A DNA stretch of 53,819 nucleotides from a bacterium (GTDB lineage: Bacteria > SZUA-79 > Acidulodesulfobacterales > Acidulodesulfobacteraceae): the NCBI GenBank assembly GCA_027319095.1, contig DAHVNW010000008.1:1-53819 (forward strand). The letters run 5' to 3'. The notes under the pieces were generated by a model. It was not told the origin of the DNA and did no database searches. It saw nothing but the letters and a program-made list of their open reading frames with translations. The translations under genes were made by a program, and so were the position numbers. Below are positions 19,261 through 29,087 of the stretch, one piece after another (the first letter of the stretch is position 1; each line of letters opens with the position of its first letter).

Positions 19261-19655
19261 CATTCGTAATCTGTACGGATGTTTTTATGCAGGGTTTTGT
19301 GCCTAACGGCAGCTATAGTATGCGTCTTATGGATTATTTATCGGACGAGAGGTTCATTCTTGCCTTAGACGACAGGATTTATTTCGAATATGTTGCCATG
19401 TTAAGACGGCAAAGATTCGGGTTCGACAAAAACGACGTCAACTATTTTTTAAAATTTATAAAGGAAACCGCTAAATTTGTTACCGCCGAAAAACTTAAAA
19501 TCAGTTTAATCGATTTGCACTATTTGAAATTTGTCGAAGCCGCAAAAAGCGTAAAAGCCGACGCTTTAATCACAAAAAACACAAACGGATTTAAATCTGC
19601 AATAGGAGTTATTCCCGTTTTGACACCGAGGGAAGTTTTCGAAAAATTGATTTAA
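19257..19655 (+). CDS. PIN-domain-like toxin (VapC-like)
   Basis: N-terminal acidic D (ICTDV) and C-terminal ADALITKNTNGF, resembling the VapC D.LIAA...LVT.N..DF motif. Translationally coupled to the antitoxin. Confidence 0.4.
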   Translation: MTFVICTDVFMQGFVPNGSYSMRLMDYLSDERFILALDDRIYFEYVAMLRRQRFGFDKNDVNYFLKFIKETAKFVTAEKLKISLIDLHYLKFVEAAKSVKADALITKNTNGFKSAIGVIPVLTPREVFEKLI

Positions 19656-19774
19656 AACAATAAACGATAATTTTTGTTTACACGCAATAAACCCCCAAAA
19701 ATACCGCTATAAATCCATAAAAAATCCATAAAAATGATTTAAAAAGGTAAAAAATTACGATAATGCCACATTAT

Positions 19775-19829
19775 TGTAACGAAATTTCACAAAACTTTCA
19801 TAAAACTGTAACATTCGTTTGATATAATA
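19775..19829 (+). promoter_or_regulatory. Pho-box-like array copy 4 with TGaTATAAT extended -10 (19820..19828)
   Basis: TGTAAC..TTCACA..TTCATA..GTAACA..TTGATA at 11-bp spacing. Confidence 0.6.
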
Positions 19830-19880
19830 TAAATATTTAAAAAATATTATAAAAATTTAATTAAAATGGAGGATTGAAAA

Positions 19881-22367
19881 TTGAACAATTTAGTCAAATT
19901 AAAGGAAAACGCCGATAATCCGCGATGCCTGCGAAAAATTACGGCAAAAAAACGAATTATATTTTTGTTTCCGCTGGTTTTAGTTCTTGCCGTTTTTTTG
20001 TCCCCGCTTGCGGCTAACGCGCGCGTCATCGTCTTAAAAGCCGAAAAGAAGGCAAGGAAGGTTAAAAGAACGCCGTTTACGGTTTCCAAGATTAAAAAGA
20101 AGGTTATTAAAACCATGACCAATACGATGACTTCCTTCGAGAGCCTTTTAAACGTATCCCCTTCTATCCATGCAAGCACGAGCGGACCCAATAATATCAG
20201 GTCGAGGGTCGAGCTAAGGGGATTTGGAACCGGAGAGGTTTCCGAAACCTTCGACGGCATACCCCTTAATAATATGTTTGACGGGGACTCGAGCAATTAT
20301 ATGGACATAAGAAACAATATTCCATTCACCCTCGGGGATATTTCCGGCGTCAACATCAATTACGGCGTTAACAATCCGAGCGTTGACACATTCGATTCCT
20401 TAGGCGGGCAGATAGGCTATGAACCCGTTATGCCTGCAAGCAAATTTAACGCGTCCATATTCGGCAGCTACGGTTCTTTTGCCACCAGAACCTACGGTTT
20501 TTCGTTAAACACGGGAAAACTATGGGAAGGGATTAGAATGTATTTGAGGGCAGAAGGGGACGACGCGAACGACTGGTATGACGGCTCAAGTTATCCAAAT
20601 AACGACGACTCTTATTACTTATCTTTAATAAAGCCGTATAACAGGGGCAGGTCGCGTATAAGCTTAATTTATATGCGCAACGACGATAACGCAAACGACC
20701 CGCACCTTGTTCCAGTACCTCTCTTAAACCAGTTTGGCTATAACTGGGGATGGCCGACTTCCGTAGAAAATGCCCAGGCTTACAATCAGGAATATTATTT
20801 GATATTAGGATGGAAGGATTACGTTAACAGGCATTTTACGTTCGACAATAAGACTTTTTATTCGCAGGACGATATGTATAAAAATCTTTATATTAATCCG
20901 GCATGCGAGCCTTATCGTTTTTGGAATAACGGTGTTAATCCTAATATTTCTCAATGCTCAATTCCTTCAAGTATAATTGTTCCCGACGGGGTTCAGCCTT
21001 TACAGCCATTTAGTCTTGGCTTTAACTCTTTTCCCCAGAGCCAAAGTCCTGCGGCATCATCCACACCCGCAGTAGATAGTTATTTAAATCAATATAATGC
21101 TTCTACGCAATATAATGCATTGGCATACGCAACCGACAATCATATTAAGGCTGTAAGTCTCTCGCAATATGGCGATTATCCTATGTTTATAATCAGCCTA
21201 CCCAGAAATACCGTTACCTTAGGCGCCCAGTTAAATTTTGGCAATTTTCATAAAACCGAAGGGGTGTCTAATTATGCATTTGCGCCGATTCTTCTCGGTT
21301 ATAACGCTATTAACGATATGAGGGGCAGCATGTCTATGCTTGCAACGTATGTCCAGGATAGACTGAGCATTATTCCGCATAAGCTGTTTCTTGAGCCGGG
21401 CGTTAAATACCAATATGTGAATGAAAGCGTTTCTTCCAATATAACTTATAATGATCCTTATGGCGGACAGGCTTCCGATAATTTTAAAGAGATAGAGCCG
21501 ACGGTCGGATTAAGTTACAATTTATTGCAGAACTGGAACTTTTATGCAACCTACGGAAAGACTATGAAAGCCCCTAATTATAACGAGTACGAGTCAGTTA
21601 TTAATAGCATTGGACCGAATCCGACGGTAATTGAACCTTCCACATCGATGAGCGCTATTAGGCCGGAAATAGTTACCGATTATGAGTTGGGAACAAGGTA
21701 CAGGCTTCAAAACTTAAACCTTTCTGCAAATATTTATAAAGAAGACTTCACCAATACATTTGGCACGTTTTCAAGTACCGTAAACAATATTACTACCTCG
21801 TATGAATATAGCGGCGGTTCTTCAAGATACGAAGGATTTCAGCTTGAAGCGCAGTATGACATTAATAAGAATATAAATATTTACGGCAACTATTCTCTTA
21901 ATACCGGCACATATACCAGCACTTATGTAAGTAAAGCGGCTGGGTTAGGTGGTGCAAGCATGATAGCGGGAGAGAATGTTCCTTTTATACCGAGGCATCT
22001 TGCAAATATCGGCATCGATGAAGATTATTTTAATATCGACGGTAATTTATCCGGCACTTATACCGGTGAGCAGTTTGTTACGGATATAAATTCAAATCCC
22101 ACAAGCGCTTATCATCTCGGAGGATACTGGCTGTTTAATTTAAATTTAAGCCATGAATTTAATTTCCGGAAGTTATCGTTTTTTAAGGCTGCCGATTTAA
22201 AAAGCATGGAGCTAAGTTTTACCGTAGATAATATATTTAATAGAAAATACTTAGAGGGCGCAATACCCGGATTTGTAACAACGACGAGTCAAACCAATGA
22301 GTTTTACGCCGAGTATTTACCCGGCATGCCAAGATTCTACTGCGTATCGACGTCGTTTAAGTTTTAA
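19881..22367 (+). CDS. TonB-dependent outer-membrane receptor (TTG start, signal peptide, plug domain, C-terminal aromatic)
   Basis: Plug-like SFESLLNVSPSIHAS...IRSRVELRGFG...DGIPLNN. Beta-strand-rich body; terminal ...SFKF. GGAGGA Shine-Dalgarno before the TTG. Confidence 0.75.
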   Translation: MNNLVKLKENADNPRCLRKITAKKRIIFLFPLVLVLAVFLSPLAANARVIVLKAEKKARKVKRTPFTVSKIKKKVIKTMTNTMTSFESLLNVSPSIHASTSGPNNIRSRVELRGFGTGEVSETFDGIPLNNMFDGDSSNYMDIRNNIPFTLGDISGVNINYGVNNPSVDTFDSLGGQIGYEPVMPASKFNASIFGSYGSFATRTYGFSLNTGKLWEGIRMYLRAEGDDANDWYDGSSYPNNDDSYYLSLIKPYNRGRSRISLIYMRNDDNANDPHLVPVPLLNQFGYNWGWPTSVENAQAYNQEYYLILGWKDYVNRHFTFDNKTFYSQDDMYKNLYINPACEPYRFWNNGVNPNISQCSIPSSIIVPDGVQPLQPFSLGFNSFPQSQSPAASSTPAVDSYLNQYNASTQYNALAYATDNHIKAVSLSQYGDYPMFIISLPRNTVTLGAQLNFGNFHKTEGVSNYAFAPILLGYNAINDMRGSMSMLATYVQDRLSIIPHKLFLEPGVKYQYVNESVSSNITYNDPYGGQASDNFKEIEPTVGLSYNLLQNWNFYATYGKTMKAPNYNEYESVINSIGPNPTVIEPSTSMSAIRPEIVTDYELGTRYRLQNLNLSANIYKEDFTNTFGTFSSTVNNITTSYEYSGGSSRYEGFQLEAQYDINKNINIYGNYSLNTGTYTSTYVSKAAGLGGASMIAGENVPFIPRHLANIGIDEDYFNIDGNLSGTYTGEQFVTDINSNPTSAYHLGGYWLFNLNLSHEFNFRKLSFFKAADLKSMELSFTVDNIFNRKYLEGAIPGFVTTTSQTNEFYAEYLPGMPRFYCVSTSFKF

Positions 22368-22391
22368 CTAAAGAGCTTAAGAGCCTTAACG

Positions 22392-22448
22392 AAGGAGATA
22401 GTTCGAACGTCGTTTTCGCGGACGGATTATCTCCTTATTTTTAATTTT
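22392..22448 (+). terminator. Rho-independent terminator (9-bp stem AAGGAGATA/TATCTCCTT, U-rich tail)
   Basis: Read from the sequence, directly after the receptor stop. Confidence 0.55.
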
Positions 22449-22455
22449 TAGAAAT

Positions 22456-22510
22456 GTTACAAAAATTTAACATAAACGTCATAAAAATGTAACATTCTTT
22501 TTATAAAATA
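22456..22510 (+). promoter_or_regulatory. Pho-box-like array copy 5 (GTTACAaaaat TTAACAtaaac GTCATAaaaat GTAACAttctt TTTATAaaat)
   Basis: Closest to the consensus. Confidence 0.6.
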
Positions 22511-22622
22511 ATATAAATCAAATAAAAACTAAATATGGAACTAATAGTTAGAATATCTATCGTAATAATATATTAAAAATAACGACTGCTAATTATTTAT
22601 TTATTAATAGGAGGAAAAATAT

Positions 22623-23348
22623 ATGAATGCTTTATTTTCTACATTCGGCTTTCTGTTAAGGGGCGGACCGCTTATGTATATTATGTTTGCGCTCCTGCTC
22701 GTTGCGTTGACCGTCATAATAGAAAGGTTTTATTTTCTGCACGGCGTTATAAGAACAGGTTCGGTGTTTAGCGAGGAAATTAAAAAAATACTTAAAAGCG
22801 ACGGAGGTTTGGAAAAAGCAAAGAGCTATTGTTCGGAAAACCCGGGAATTTTTTCGTCGCTTCTTTTAGTGGGCTTTAATAATATCTGCCTTACCAAGGA
22901 CGAAAGAGACGAAGTTATGACCGAAGAGGCAATGAAGCACACAAGGGAAATGGAAAGGTATATGTGGGTCATCGATACTTTAATCACAATGGCGCCCCTG
23001 CTCGGTCTTCTTGGGACCATTATAGGCATAATGGTTTCGTTCAACATTATAAGCAAAACAGGAGTTTCAGATCCTACGGCAATCACGGGAGGCGTCGCCC
23101 TTGCGCTTTTAAATACCGCTTCAGGATTAGTTATAGCGATAATATCGCTCGGCTTTTTTAATTATTTCCAGAACAAGATTTTATCCATTAAAAAACAGAT
23201 GGAATATGTAACCCTGCAGTTCGAAAACTTTATTACGAGAAATGATTTAACAGATAAAAATAATTTTAATACTAACGGTAAAAACAGAATTAACCTCGAA
23301 AACAGGAAAACCGCTTCTGCGGTAGCCGGAGAGTTAAGCCGGGCATAA
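22623..23348 (+). CDS. exbB: MotA/TolQ/ExbB proton-channel protein
   Basis: Three TM helices; conserved MAPLLGLLGTIIGI and ALLNTASGL segments. Confidence 0.85.
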   Translation: MNALFSTFGFLLRGGPLMYIMFALLLVALTVIIERFYFLHGVIRTGSVFSEEIKKILKSDGGLEKAKSYCSENPGIFSSLLLVGFNNICLTKDERDEVMTEEAMKHTREMERYMWVIDTLITMAPLLGLLGTIIGIMVSFNIISKTGVSDPTAITGGVALALLNTASGLVIAIISLGFFNYFQNKILSIKKQMEYVTLQFENFITRNDLTDKNNFNTNGKNRINLENRKTASAVAGELSRA

Positions 23349-23365
23349 CGGGCTGGCGGAAGAAT

Positions 23366-24076
23366 ATGGAAAATATTATTAAAGAATTTCCCGATAAAAA
23401 CTCAAGGTTAAAGTATTCTTTTATATTTGCTTTAATTCTGGAAATAATGTTTTTAGTCGTTTTGGCGGAGGTAGTAGCGCTGGCTAAGCAATATGCCAAG
23501 CAGGCTAAGAAAAGCCATCCTCTCCTTATTTCAGTCGTTACCATGCCGCATCAAAAGAAATTGGCGGTGCCTCATAAAAAAAAGGTTGTTCATAAAAAAA
23601 AGGTTAAAAAGACAGTCATAAAAAAAACCATAATAAAGCAGGTCCCGGTGGCAACGCCCGTTATGCCCATTATGCCGGTTATTGCAGCAAGGCAGGTAAA
23701 ATCCCCTTCCATTCCTTATATTCCTTATAGCGCGCCGGCAGTAAAACCGCGCCACTCCATAAGCGAAAAAATACCGGCAAGCGTGTTGGACAAATATTTC
23801 GGCGAGATAAAAGCAAAAATCGTCAGCAACCTAATATACCCTATGTATGCAAGAAAAGAAGGAATGGAAGGCTATGTAAACGTATTATTTAAAATTTTAA
23901 AAAATGGCGATTTAGTTTTTGCGAGGATAGAAAAAAATTCCCAATACGGCACGCTGAACAGGTCGGCGATTAAAACCGTTAAAATATCGGCGCCTTTTAT
24001 TCCGTTTCCAAAACGCATTAAAAAACATTCCCTGACTTTTTTAATAAAAATACATTTTAAATTAAAAAGAAGATAA
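23366..24076 (+). CDS. tonB: TonB-family energy transducer
   Basis: N-terminal TM, Lys/Pro-rich spacer (KKKVVHKKKVKK...PVATPVMPIMPV), C-terminal TonB domain (YPMYARKEGMEGYVNVLFKI). Confidence 0.75.
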   Translation: MENIIKEFPDKNSRLKYSFIFALILEIMFLVVLAEVVALAKQYAKQAKKSHPLLISVVTMPHQKKLAVPHKKKVVHKKKVKKTVIKKTIIKQVPVATPVMPIMPVIAARQVKSPSIPYIPYSAPAVKPRHSISEKIPASVLDKYFGEIKAKIVSNLIYPMYARKEGMEGYVNVLFKILKNGDLVFARIEKNSQYGTLNRSAIKTVKISAPFIPFPKRIKKHSLTFLIKIHFKLKRR

Positions 24077-24097
24077 AATTTTAAAGGTAAAAAAACT

Positions 24098-24502
24098 ATG
24101 AAATTAACCGAAGAAAACAGCATTAAAAGAGCAAGAATAGAGTTAGTTCCGATGATAGACACGATGTTTTTTCTTTTGATTTTTTTTATAATGGTAACCC
24201 TTACTATGGTTCATCAAAAAGGCTTAAGCGTCAATCTGCCTAAATCGGGGCAGGGAAGCCATGTTAAGATTCATAATTTCGTCGTAACCCTTAAAAAAAA
24301 CGGATCGGTATATTTAAACAAAGAAAAAACCTCCCTGCGCAATCTTCCCGCCCTTTTAAAACAAAAAATTGCAAGTAAAAAAGACCTGATAATTATTAAC
24401 GGCGATAAAATGATTTATCTGAAAAAAGTGGTAAAAACGATAGACGACATAAAAAAAGCCGGTTTTTACAAAATTTCCATCGCCGTAAAACCCGCAAAAT
24501 AA
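24098..24502 (+). CDS. exbD: ExbD/TolR biopolymer transport protein
   Basis: VPMIDTMFFLLIFFI TM segment followed by a periplasmic domain. Confidence 0.85.
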   Translation: MKLTEENSIKRARIELVPMIDTMFFLLIFFIMVTLTMVHQKGLSVNLPKSGQGSHVKIHNFVVTLKKNGSVYLNKEKTSLRNLPALLKQKIASKKDLIIINGDKMIYLKKVVKTIDDIKKAGFYKISIAVKPAK

Positions 24503-24538
24503 AATATTCGGAATTATTTAATTTTCATTATTATAATT

Positions 24539-24593
24539 GTTACAAAAAATTAACATAAACGTCACAAAATTGTAACATTCGTTTGATAAAATA
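24539..24593 (+). promoter_or_regulatory. Pho-box-like array copy 6 (GTTACAaaaaa TTAACAtaaac GTCACAaaatt GTAACAttcgt TTGATAaaat)
   Basis: Exact 11-bp register; TGaTAAAAT -10. Confidence 0.6.
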
Positions 24594-24664
24594 TAACTAT
24601 TTTTACGGGTTTAATTTATAGAACGTTAAAATTTAATTAAATTTTAAACGCAGGGGGTTAATGT

Positions 24665-26098
24665 ATGGAAGAAGCAAAAGATTTAAGAAGCGAATTGCTT
24701 AATAAGGTTGACGAGGTTGACCTTGTCAGGCATCATTTTAGGACTATGTTTACGGCGGGTATGGGTTTTTTTACGGATGCGTACGACCTGTTTATAATTG
24801 GAGTGGTTATAGCTCTCTTAACGCCTATATGGCATCTTACGACTTCGGAGATTGCGATTCTCGGAAGTTCGTCGCTTATAGCGGCGGCGCTCGGAGCATA
24901 TATTTTTGGCAGGGTAGCGGATATTTTCGGCAGAAAGGCGATATACGGACTGGAAGTGATTATTTTAACTATAGGGGCGATAGGCTCCGCATTTTCGAAG
25001 GATATCACCCAACTTATAATATGGAGAATTATTCTGGGCATCGGTATAGGCGGCGATTATCCGATAAGCGCGATTATAATGAGCGAATACTCGAACAGAA
25101 AAGACAGGGGGAAATTAGTTTCTATGGTTTTTTCGCTGCAGGGAATAGGGTTGATAGCCGGCCCAATGGCGGCTATTCTTATTTTAATGCTGGGGGTTCC
25201 GCACGTCTTGGCATGGAGAATATTGCTCGGATTAGGCGCCATACCGGCCGCAAGCGTTATTTATTTAAGAAGAAAGATTAAAGAAACGCCTTACTTCAGC
25301 CTTCAGGCAAAGGGCGACGTCAACGAGACCGTAGCGGCTATTAACGATTTAACGGGAGCTAAGATAAAAAACTCCGAAAGCAAGCCTAATAATGGTAACG
25401 GGGTAAAATTAAATACGAAATGGTATGATTTGTTTAAATATCCAAATAATTTAAAACTTCTTGGAACGGCGGGCTCATGGTTTTTATTAGACTGGGCTTT
25501 TTACGGGAACTCGATAAGCTGGCCGTTAGTTATGAAGTCGATAATGCCCCATGCGACATTCATACAAGGGCTTGCCGCGGCTACGATTGTTTTTGTAGTT
25601 TTTGCCGCACCCTTTTATTGGGTTGCCGCATTCAGCATGGATAAGCTCGGAAGGAAATTTATCCAGATTTTGGGTTTTGCCGGAATGGCGATTTGCTATC
25701 TTATAATTTCGCTTACGAGCTTCGGCGGTTTCGTGCTTATTCCTGCAATGTTCGTTCTTATATTCGGTTTAAGCTACGTATTTGTCGAGTTTGGACCGAA
25801 TACTACCACCTTTGTTTATCCGGCGGAAGTTTTTCCTACCCCCATAAGGGGAATGGGAGACGGCATATCCGCTGGAACTGGAAAATTCGGAGCATTTTTA
25901 GGAACGCTTTTGTTTCCGTTTCTTATGGGTGCAATTAAAGTTCAGGGAACTTTTATGGTTTTAGTGGTAATTTCTATTCTTGGAGCGGTTCTTACGGCTT
26001 TTGCGCTACCCGAACCCAAGGAGATGTCGCTAAGAGACGTAGCTGAAGAAAACAAGTATGCCGGAGACGAAGGACGGGTCATATCTCATAAGGCGTAA
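24665..26098 (+). CDS. MFS inorganic phosphate:H+ symporter (PHS/Pho84-like)
   Basis: 12-TM MFS topology; GIGIGGDYPISAIIMSEYS signature. Confidence 0.8.
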   Translation: MEEAKDLRSELLNKVDEVDLVRHHFRTMFTAGMGFFTDAYDLFIIGVVIALLTPIWHLTTSEIAILGSSSLIAAALGAYIFGRVADIFGRKAIYGLEVIILTIGAIGSAFSKDITQLIIWRIILGIGIGGDYPISAIIMSEYSNRKDRGKLVSMVFSLQGIGLIAGPMAAILILMLGVPHVLAWRILLGLGAIPAASVIYLRRKIKETPYFSLQAKGDVNETVAAINDLTGAKIKNSESKPNNGNGVKLNTKWYDLFKYPNNLKLLGTAGSWFLLDWAFYGNSISWPLVMKSIMPHATFIQGLAAATIVFVVFAAPFYWVAAFSMDKLGRKFIQILGFAGMAICYLIISLTSFGGFVLIPAMFVLIFGLSYVFVEFGPNTTTFVYPAEVFPTPIRGMGDGISAGTGKFGAFLGTLLFPFLMGAIKVQGTFMVLVVISILGAVLTAFALPEPKEMSLRDVAEENKYAGDEGRVISHKA

Positions 26099-26108
26099 AA
26101 ATATTTAA

Positions 26109-26184
26109 CCCAAAATTGCCGATAGAAAATTATTTTTCATATAATTTTAAAGCCGTTTTAGAGATTTCTATAGGCAATTTTGGG
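26109..26184. repeat. Inverted-repeat element B (CCCAAAATTGCCGATAGAAA ... TTTCTATAGGCAATTTTGGG), 18-bp arms with 17/18 match
   Basis: Left arm identical to 5766..5793. Confidence 0.6.
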
Positions 26185-26225
26185 ATTTAACGTGAAAATA
26201 TGAAATATGATAAAATTAAATTAAC

Positions 26226-26942
26226 ATGAACTATTCGAAGGCGGATACGCATATACATACCAGCTACAGCGACGGCAACAATTCTCCGGAAGATATAGTC
26301 GAGACGGCGGCTGGAAGACTCGACGTTATTGCCATAACCGACCACAACAGAATTAAGGGCGCCTTTAAGGCTAAGGAATATGCCCTGAAAAACAGCTTTC
26401 TGGAGGTGGACGTCATAATAGGCGAGGAGATTTCGACTAAAAACGGGCATGTAATAGGCTTGTTTTTAGAAAAAAAGATAATTCCGGGCAAAACCGCCCA
26501 AGAAACGATAGACGAAATACATTCGCAAGGGGGGCTGGCCATAGCCCCCCACCCTTATTATCCGGTTTCTTACGCCGAAAAGGGGTATCCGACGATAAGA
26601 AAGCTATTGCCCACGCTAGATTTCGACGCCGTCGAGGTTATTAATAATTCCAGTACTTTTTCAATATTTTCAAATGCGGCGGCTTCGCTTGCCAATGTGT
26701 CTATCGGGCTTCCGCCTGTTGGCGTAAGCGATGCCCATATGAGTAATTTTATCGGCAAGGGTTATACCGCCTTTTACGGAAAAACCGCCTTAGACCTCAA
26801 ACTGCAAATAAAAGAAAAGAAAACAACGGCGCATTTTAGCCATTATTCATTTAAGGAATTTAAAATAAACACCTTCCAATCCATAAGGTCCCTCTATTTT
26901 TATTTCTACGGCGGTAAAGCCGGCAGAAACGATGCCGCCTGA
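26226..26942 (+). CDS. PHP-domain metal-dependent phosphoesterase
   Basis: HIHTSYSDG and ITDHN motifs. Confidence 0.75.
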   Translation: MNYSKADTHIHTSYSDGNNSPEDIVETAAGRLDVIAITDHNRIKGAFKAKEYALKNSFLEVDVIIGEEISTKNGHVIGLFLEKKIIPGKTAQETIDEIHSQGGLAIAPHPYYPVSYAEKGYPTIRKLLPTLDFDAVEVINNSSTFSIFSNAAASLANVSIGLPPVGVSDAHMSNFIGKGYTAFYGKTALDLKLQIKEKKTTAHFSHYSFKEFKINTFQSIRSLYFYFYGGKAGRNDAA

Positions 26943-26992
26943 CCTATATATACTACCCGAATGTATATTTGTGAGCTGCCATATGTTATAAT

Positions 26993-27673
26993 ATGTATAT
27001 GGAGTTAAAATTGCAATACAATAATACATCAAATATTCTTATAGCTACGGGCAATGCTCATAAATTTAAAGAAATTAAGGAGATAATAGGCGGTTGCGGC
27101 GGTTTAAATCCTATATTTTTAGATAAAAGTTACGGGATCGAAATTATCGAAGACGGAAAAACTTACGAAGAAAACGCAAAAATTAAAGCCGCCGGATATA
27201 TCGATTATTTAAATAAGAAACCTGATTTAAAAAAATTCTTAGACATTCAATTTATATTGAGCGAAGATTCCGGATTAGAAGTCGAACGCCTTGACGGAGC
27301 GCCAGGCCTTTTTACTGCAAGATACGCCGGGGAAAATGCTTCTGATAGCTCTAATATCGAAAAATTACTTATGGAAATGTCTTTAAAAAAGGAATGTGCA
27401 TCGAACAGGCGCGCTAAATTTGTCTGTTATGCCTGCCTTTATGATACTACAGAAAATAATTTTCAATATTTTTATGGAGAATTAAGTGGTTTTATAGCGG
27501 AAAACGCAAGCGGAACGAAAGGTTTCGGCTACGACCCCGTTTTTATAGTGCCTGAATTTAATAAAACCGCAGCTTTGTTGGATTCAGCCCAAAAAAATGC
27601 TATATCTCACAGGGGAACCGCTTTTAGAAAAGCGGCTGATGCAATAAAATCAAAATTAAATATTCATGGGTAG
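26993..27673 (+). CDS. rdgB: RdgB/HAM1 non-canonical purine NTP pyrophosphatase
   Basis: ILIATGNAHKFKEIKEI, SEDSGLEV, FGYDPVF motifs. Confidence 0.85.
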   Translation: MYMELKLQYNNTSNILIATGNAHKFKEIKEIIGGCGGLNPIFLDKSYGIEIIEDGKTYEENAKIKAAGYIDYLNKKPDLKKFLDIQFILSEDSGLEVERLDGAPGLFTARYAGENASDSSNIEKLLMEMSLKKECASNRRAKFVCYACLYDTTENNFQYFYGELSGFIAENASGTKGFGYDPVFIVPEFNKTAALLDSAQKNAISHRGTAFRKAADAIKSKLNIHG

Positions 27674-27704
27674 GTATAATAAAAAATAAAACAATGTCTT
27701 AATC

Positions 27705-29078
27705 GTGAATAGAAAAATCATAGAGGAATTAAAAGCTTTACTTGGCAGCGGGCGCGTATTGACGGAAGCCGAGGAACTAATCTGCTATTCCTACGACGCT
27801 ACGCCTAAAGAGTTTATGCCGGACGCAGTCGTATTTCCCCATGATGCCGGCGAAATATCGAAAATAGTTAAACTATGCCTGCAATACGATACTCCTTTAG
27901 TCGGGCGGGGTTCAGGAAGCGGGTTTTCCGGCGGCAGCCTGCCGTTAAAAGGCGGAATAATAGCTTCGTTTACGCAAATGAACAGGATTTTGGAATTAGA
28001 CGAAGAAAATATGTTTGTTTCCGTCGAACCGGGCGTAATAAATGCGGATCTAAAAGCATATCTTTCGGATAGGGGTTATTTTTACCCCCCTGACCCGGCA
28101 AGTTACGAGTTTTCGACTATTGGCGGCAATGTCGCCGAAAATTCCGGGGGACCGGGAGCCGTCAAATATGGCGTTACTAAAGATTATGTTGCCGCGCTCG
28201 AGGTTATTACCGGAGAAGGCGTGATAATAAATACAGGCTCAAAAACCGTCAAGAATGTTTCGGGGTATAATCTTACCCAGCTTTTTGTGGGTTCGGAAGG
28301 CACTCTTGGGCTTTTTTCCAAAATTACGCTTAAAATTTTGCCTAAGCCGGAGGCAAATTCGTTGATTTTAGTTTCGTTCGACGACATAAATAATGGGTAT
28401 AAAGCGGCCGTAAAACTGCTAAGGCTTTTAAACAAGCCTTCGATGCTTGAATTTATGGATAAATCTTCCATAGAATCCGTCAAGAGTTATTTTAAAAGCG
28501 ATAAAATAAAAATAGACGGCAATTTCTTATTTATTATAGAAGCGGACGGTTCGCGCGCAGAAGTCGATAAATCTATAGCGGAATACGAAAAAGTTTTGAA
28601 AGCATTTTCTCCTATTTTTATTTTTTCTTCCGGCGAAGACGAAGATAAAAAAGAAATAATGGAGGCAAGAAAAGCAATTTCTCCTTCTCTAAGAAAGTAC
28701 GGCGACTTTAAAATAAACAACGACATAGCCGTTCCTATAAATAAAATTCCCGAAATGCTTTTATTTTTAGAAGAAATATCGAAGGCTTACCGCGTTCCCA
28801 TAATAAATTTCGGTCATTTCGGCGACGGCAATATTCACGTAAATATAATGCTCCATAAAAACGACGCCGAAATGATGGAAAGAGGCGAATCCTCAAAGTA
28901 CGAAGTTTTAAAGAAGACGGTAGAAACCGGCGGAAGTTTGTCCGGCGAACATGGAATCGGCCTTGAAAAAAAAGAATTTATGAAATTAAAATACGACGGC
29001 TATTATATGAATATTTTAAAAAATATTAAGCGCGTATTCGACCCAGGAAATATCATAAATCCAGGGAAGATATTTTAA
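27705..29078 (+). CDS. FAD-linked oxidase (GlcD / D-lactate dehydrogenase family)
   Basis: FAD-binding PCMH-fold N-terminus, RGSGSGFSGGS. Confidence 0.8.
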   Translation: MNRKIIEELKALLGSGRVLTEAEELICYSYDATPKEFMPDAVVFPHDAGEISKIVKLCLQYDTPLVGRGSGSGFSGGSLPLKGGIIASFTQMNRILELDEENMFVSVEPGVINADLKAYLSDRGYFYPPDPASYEFSTIGGNVAENSGGPGAVKYGVTKDYVAALEVITGEGVIINTGSKTVKNVSGYNLTQLFVGSEGTLGLFSKITLKILPKPEANSLILVSFDDINNGYKAAVKLLRLLNKPSMLEFMDKSSIESVKSYFKSDKIKIDGNFLFIIEADGSRAEVDKSIAEYEKVLKAFSPIFIFSSGEDEDKKEIMEARKAISPSLRKYGDFKINNDIAVPINKIPEMLLFLEEISKAYRVPIINFGHFGDGNIHVNIMLHKNDAEMMERGESSKYEVLKKTVETGGSLSGEHGIGLEKKEFMKLKYDGYYMNILKNIKRVFDPGNIINPGKIF

Positions 29079-29087
29079 CCGCGCATT

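Noticed and set aside
3925-24593. Alternative reading of the repeated promoter module as Fur boxes (because TonB/ExbBD and a TonB-dependent receptor are among the targets)
   Set aside because: The units are direct repeats on an 11-bp register, not the 6-bp-repeat / 19-bp palindromic Fur architecture. The targets include a Pi transporter and a phosphoesterase. Kept as the main refutation route in the finding.
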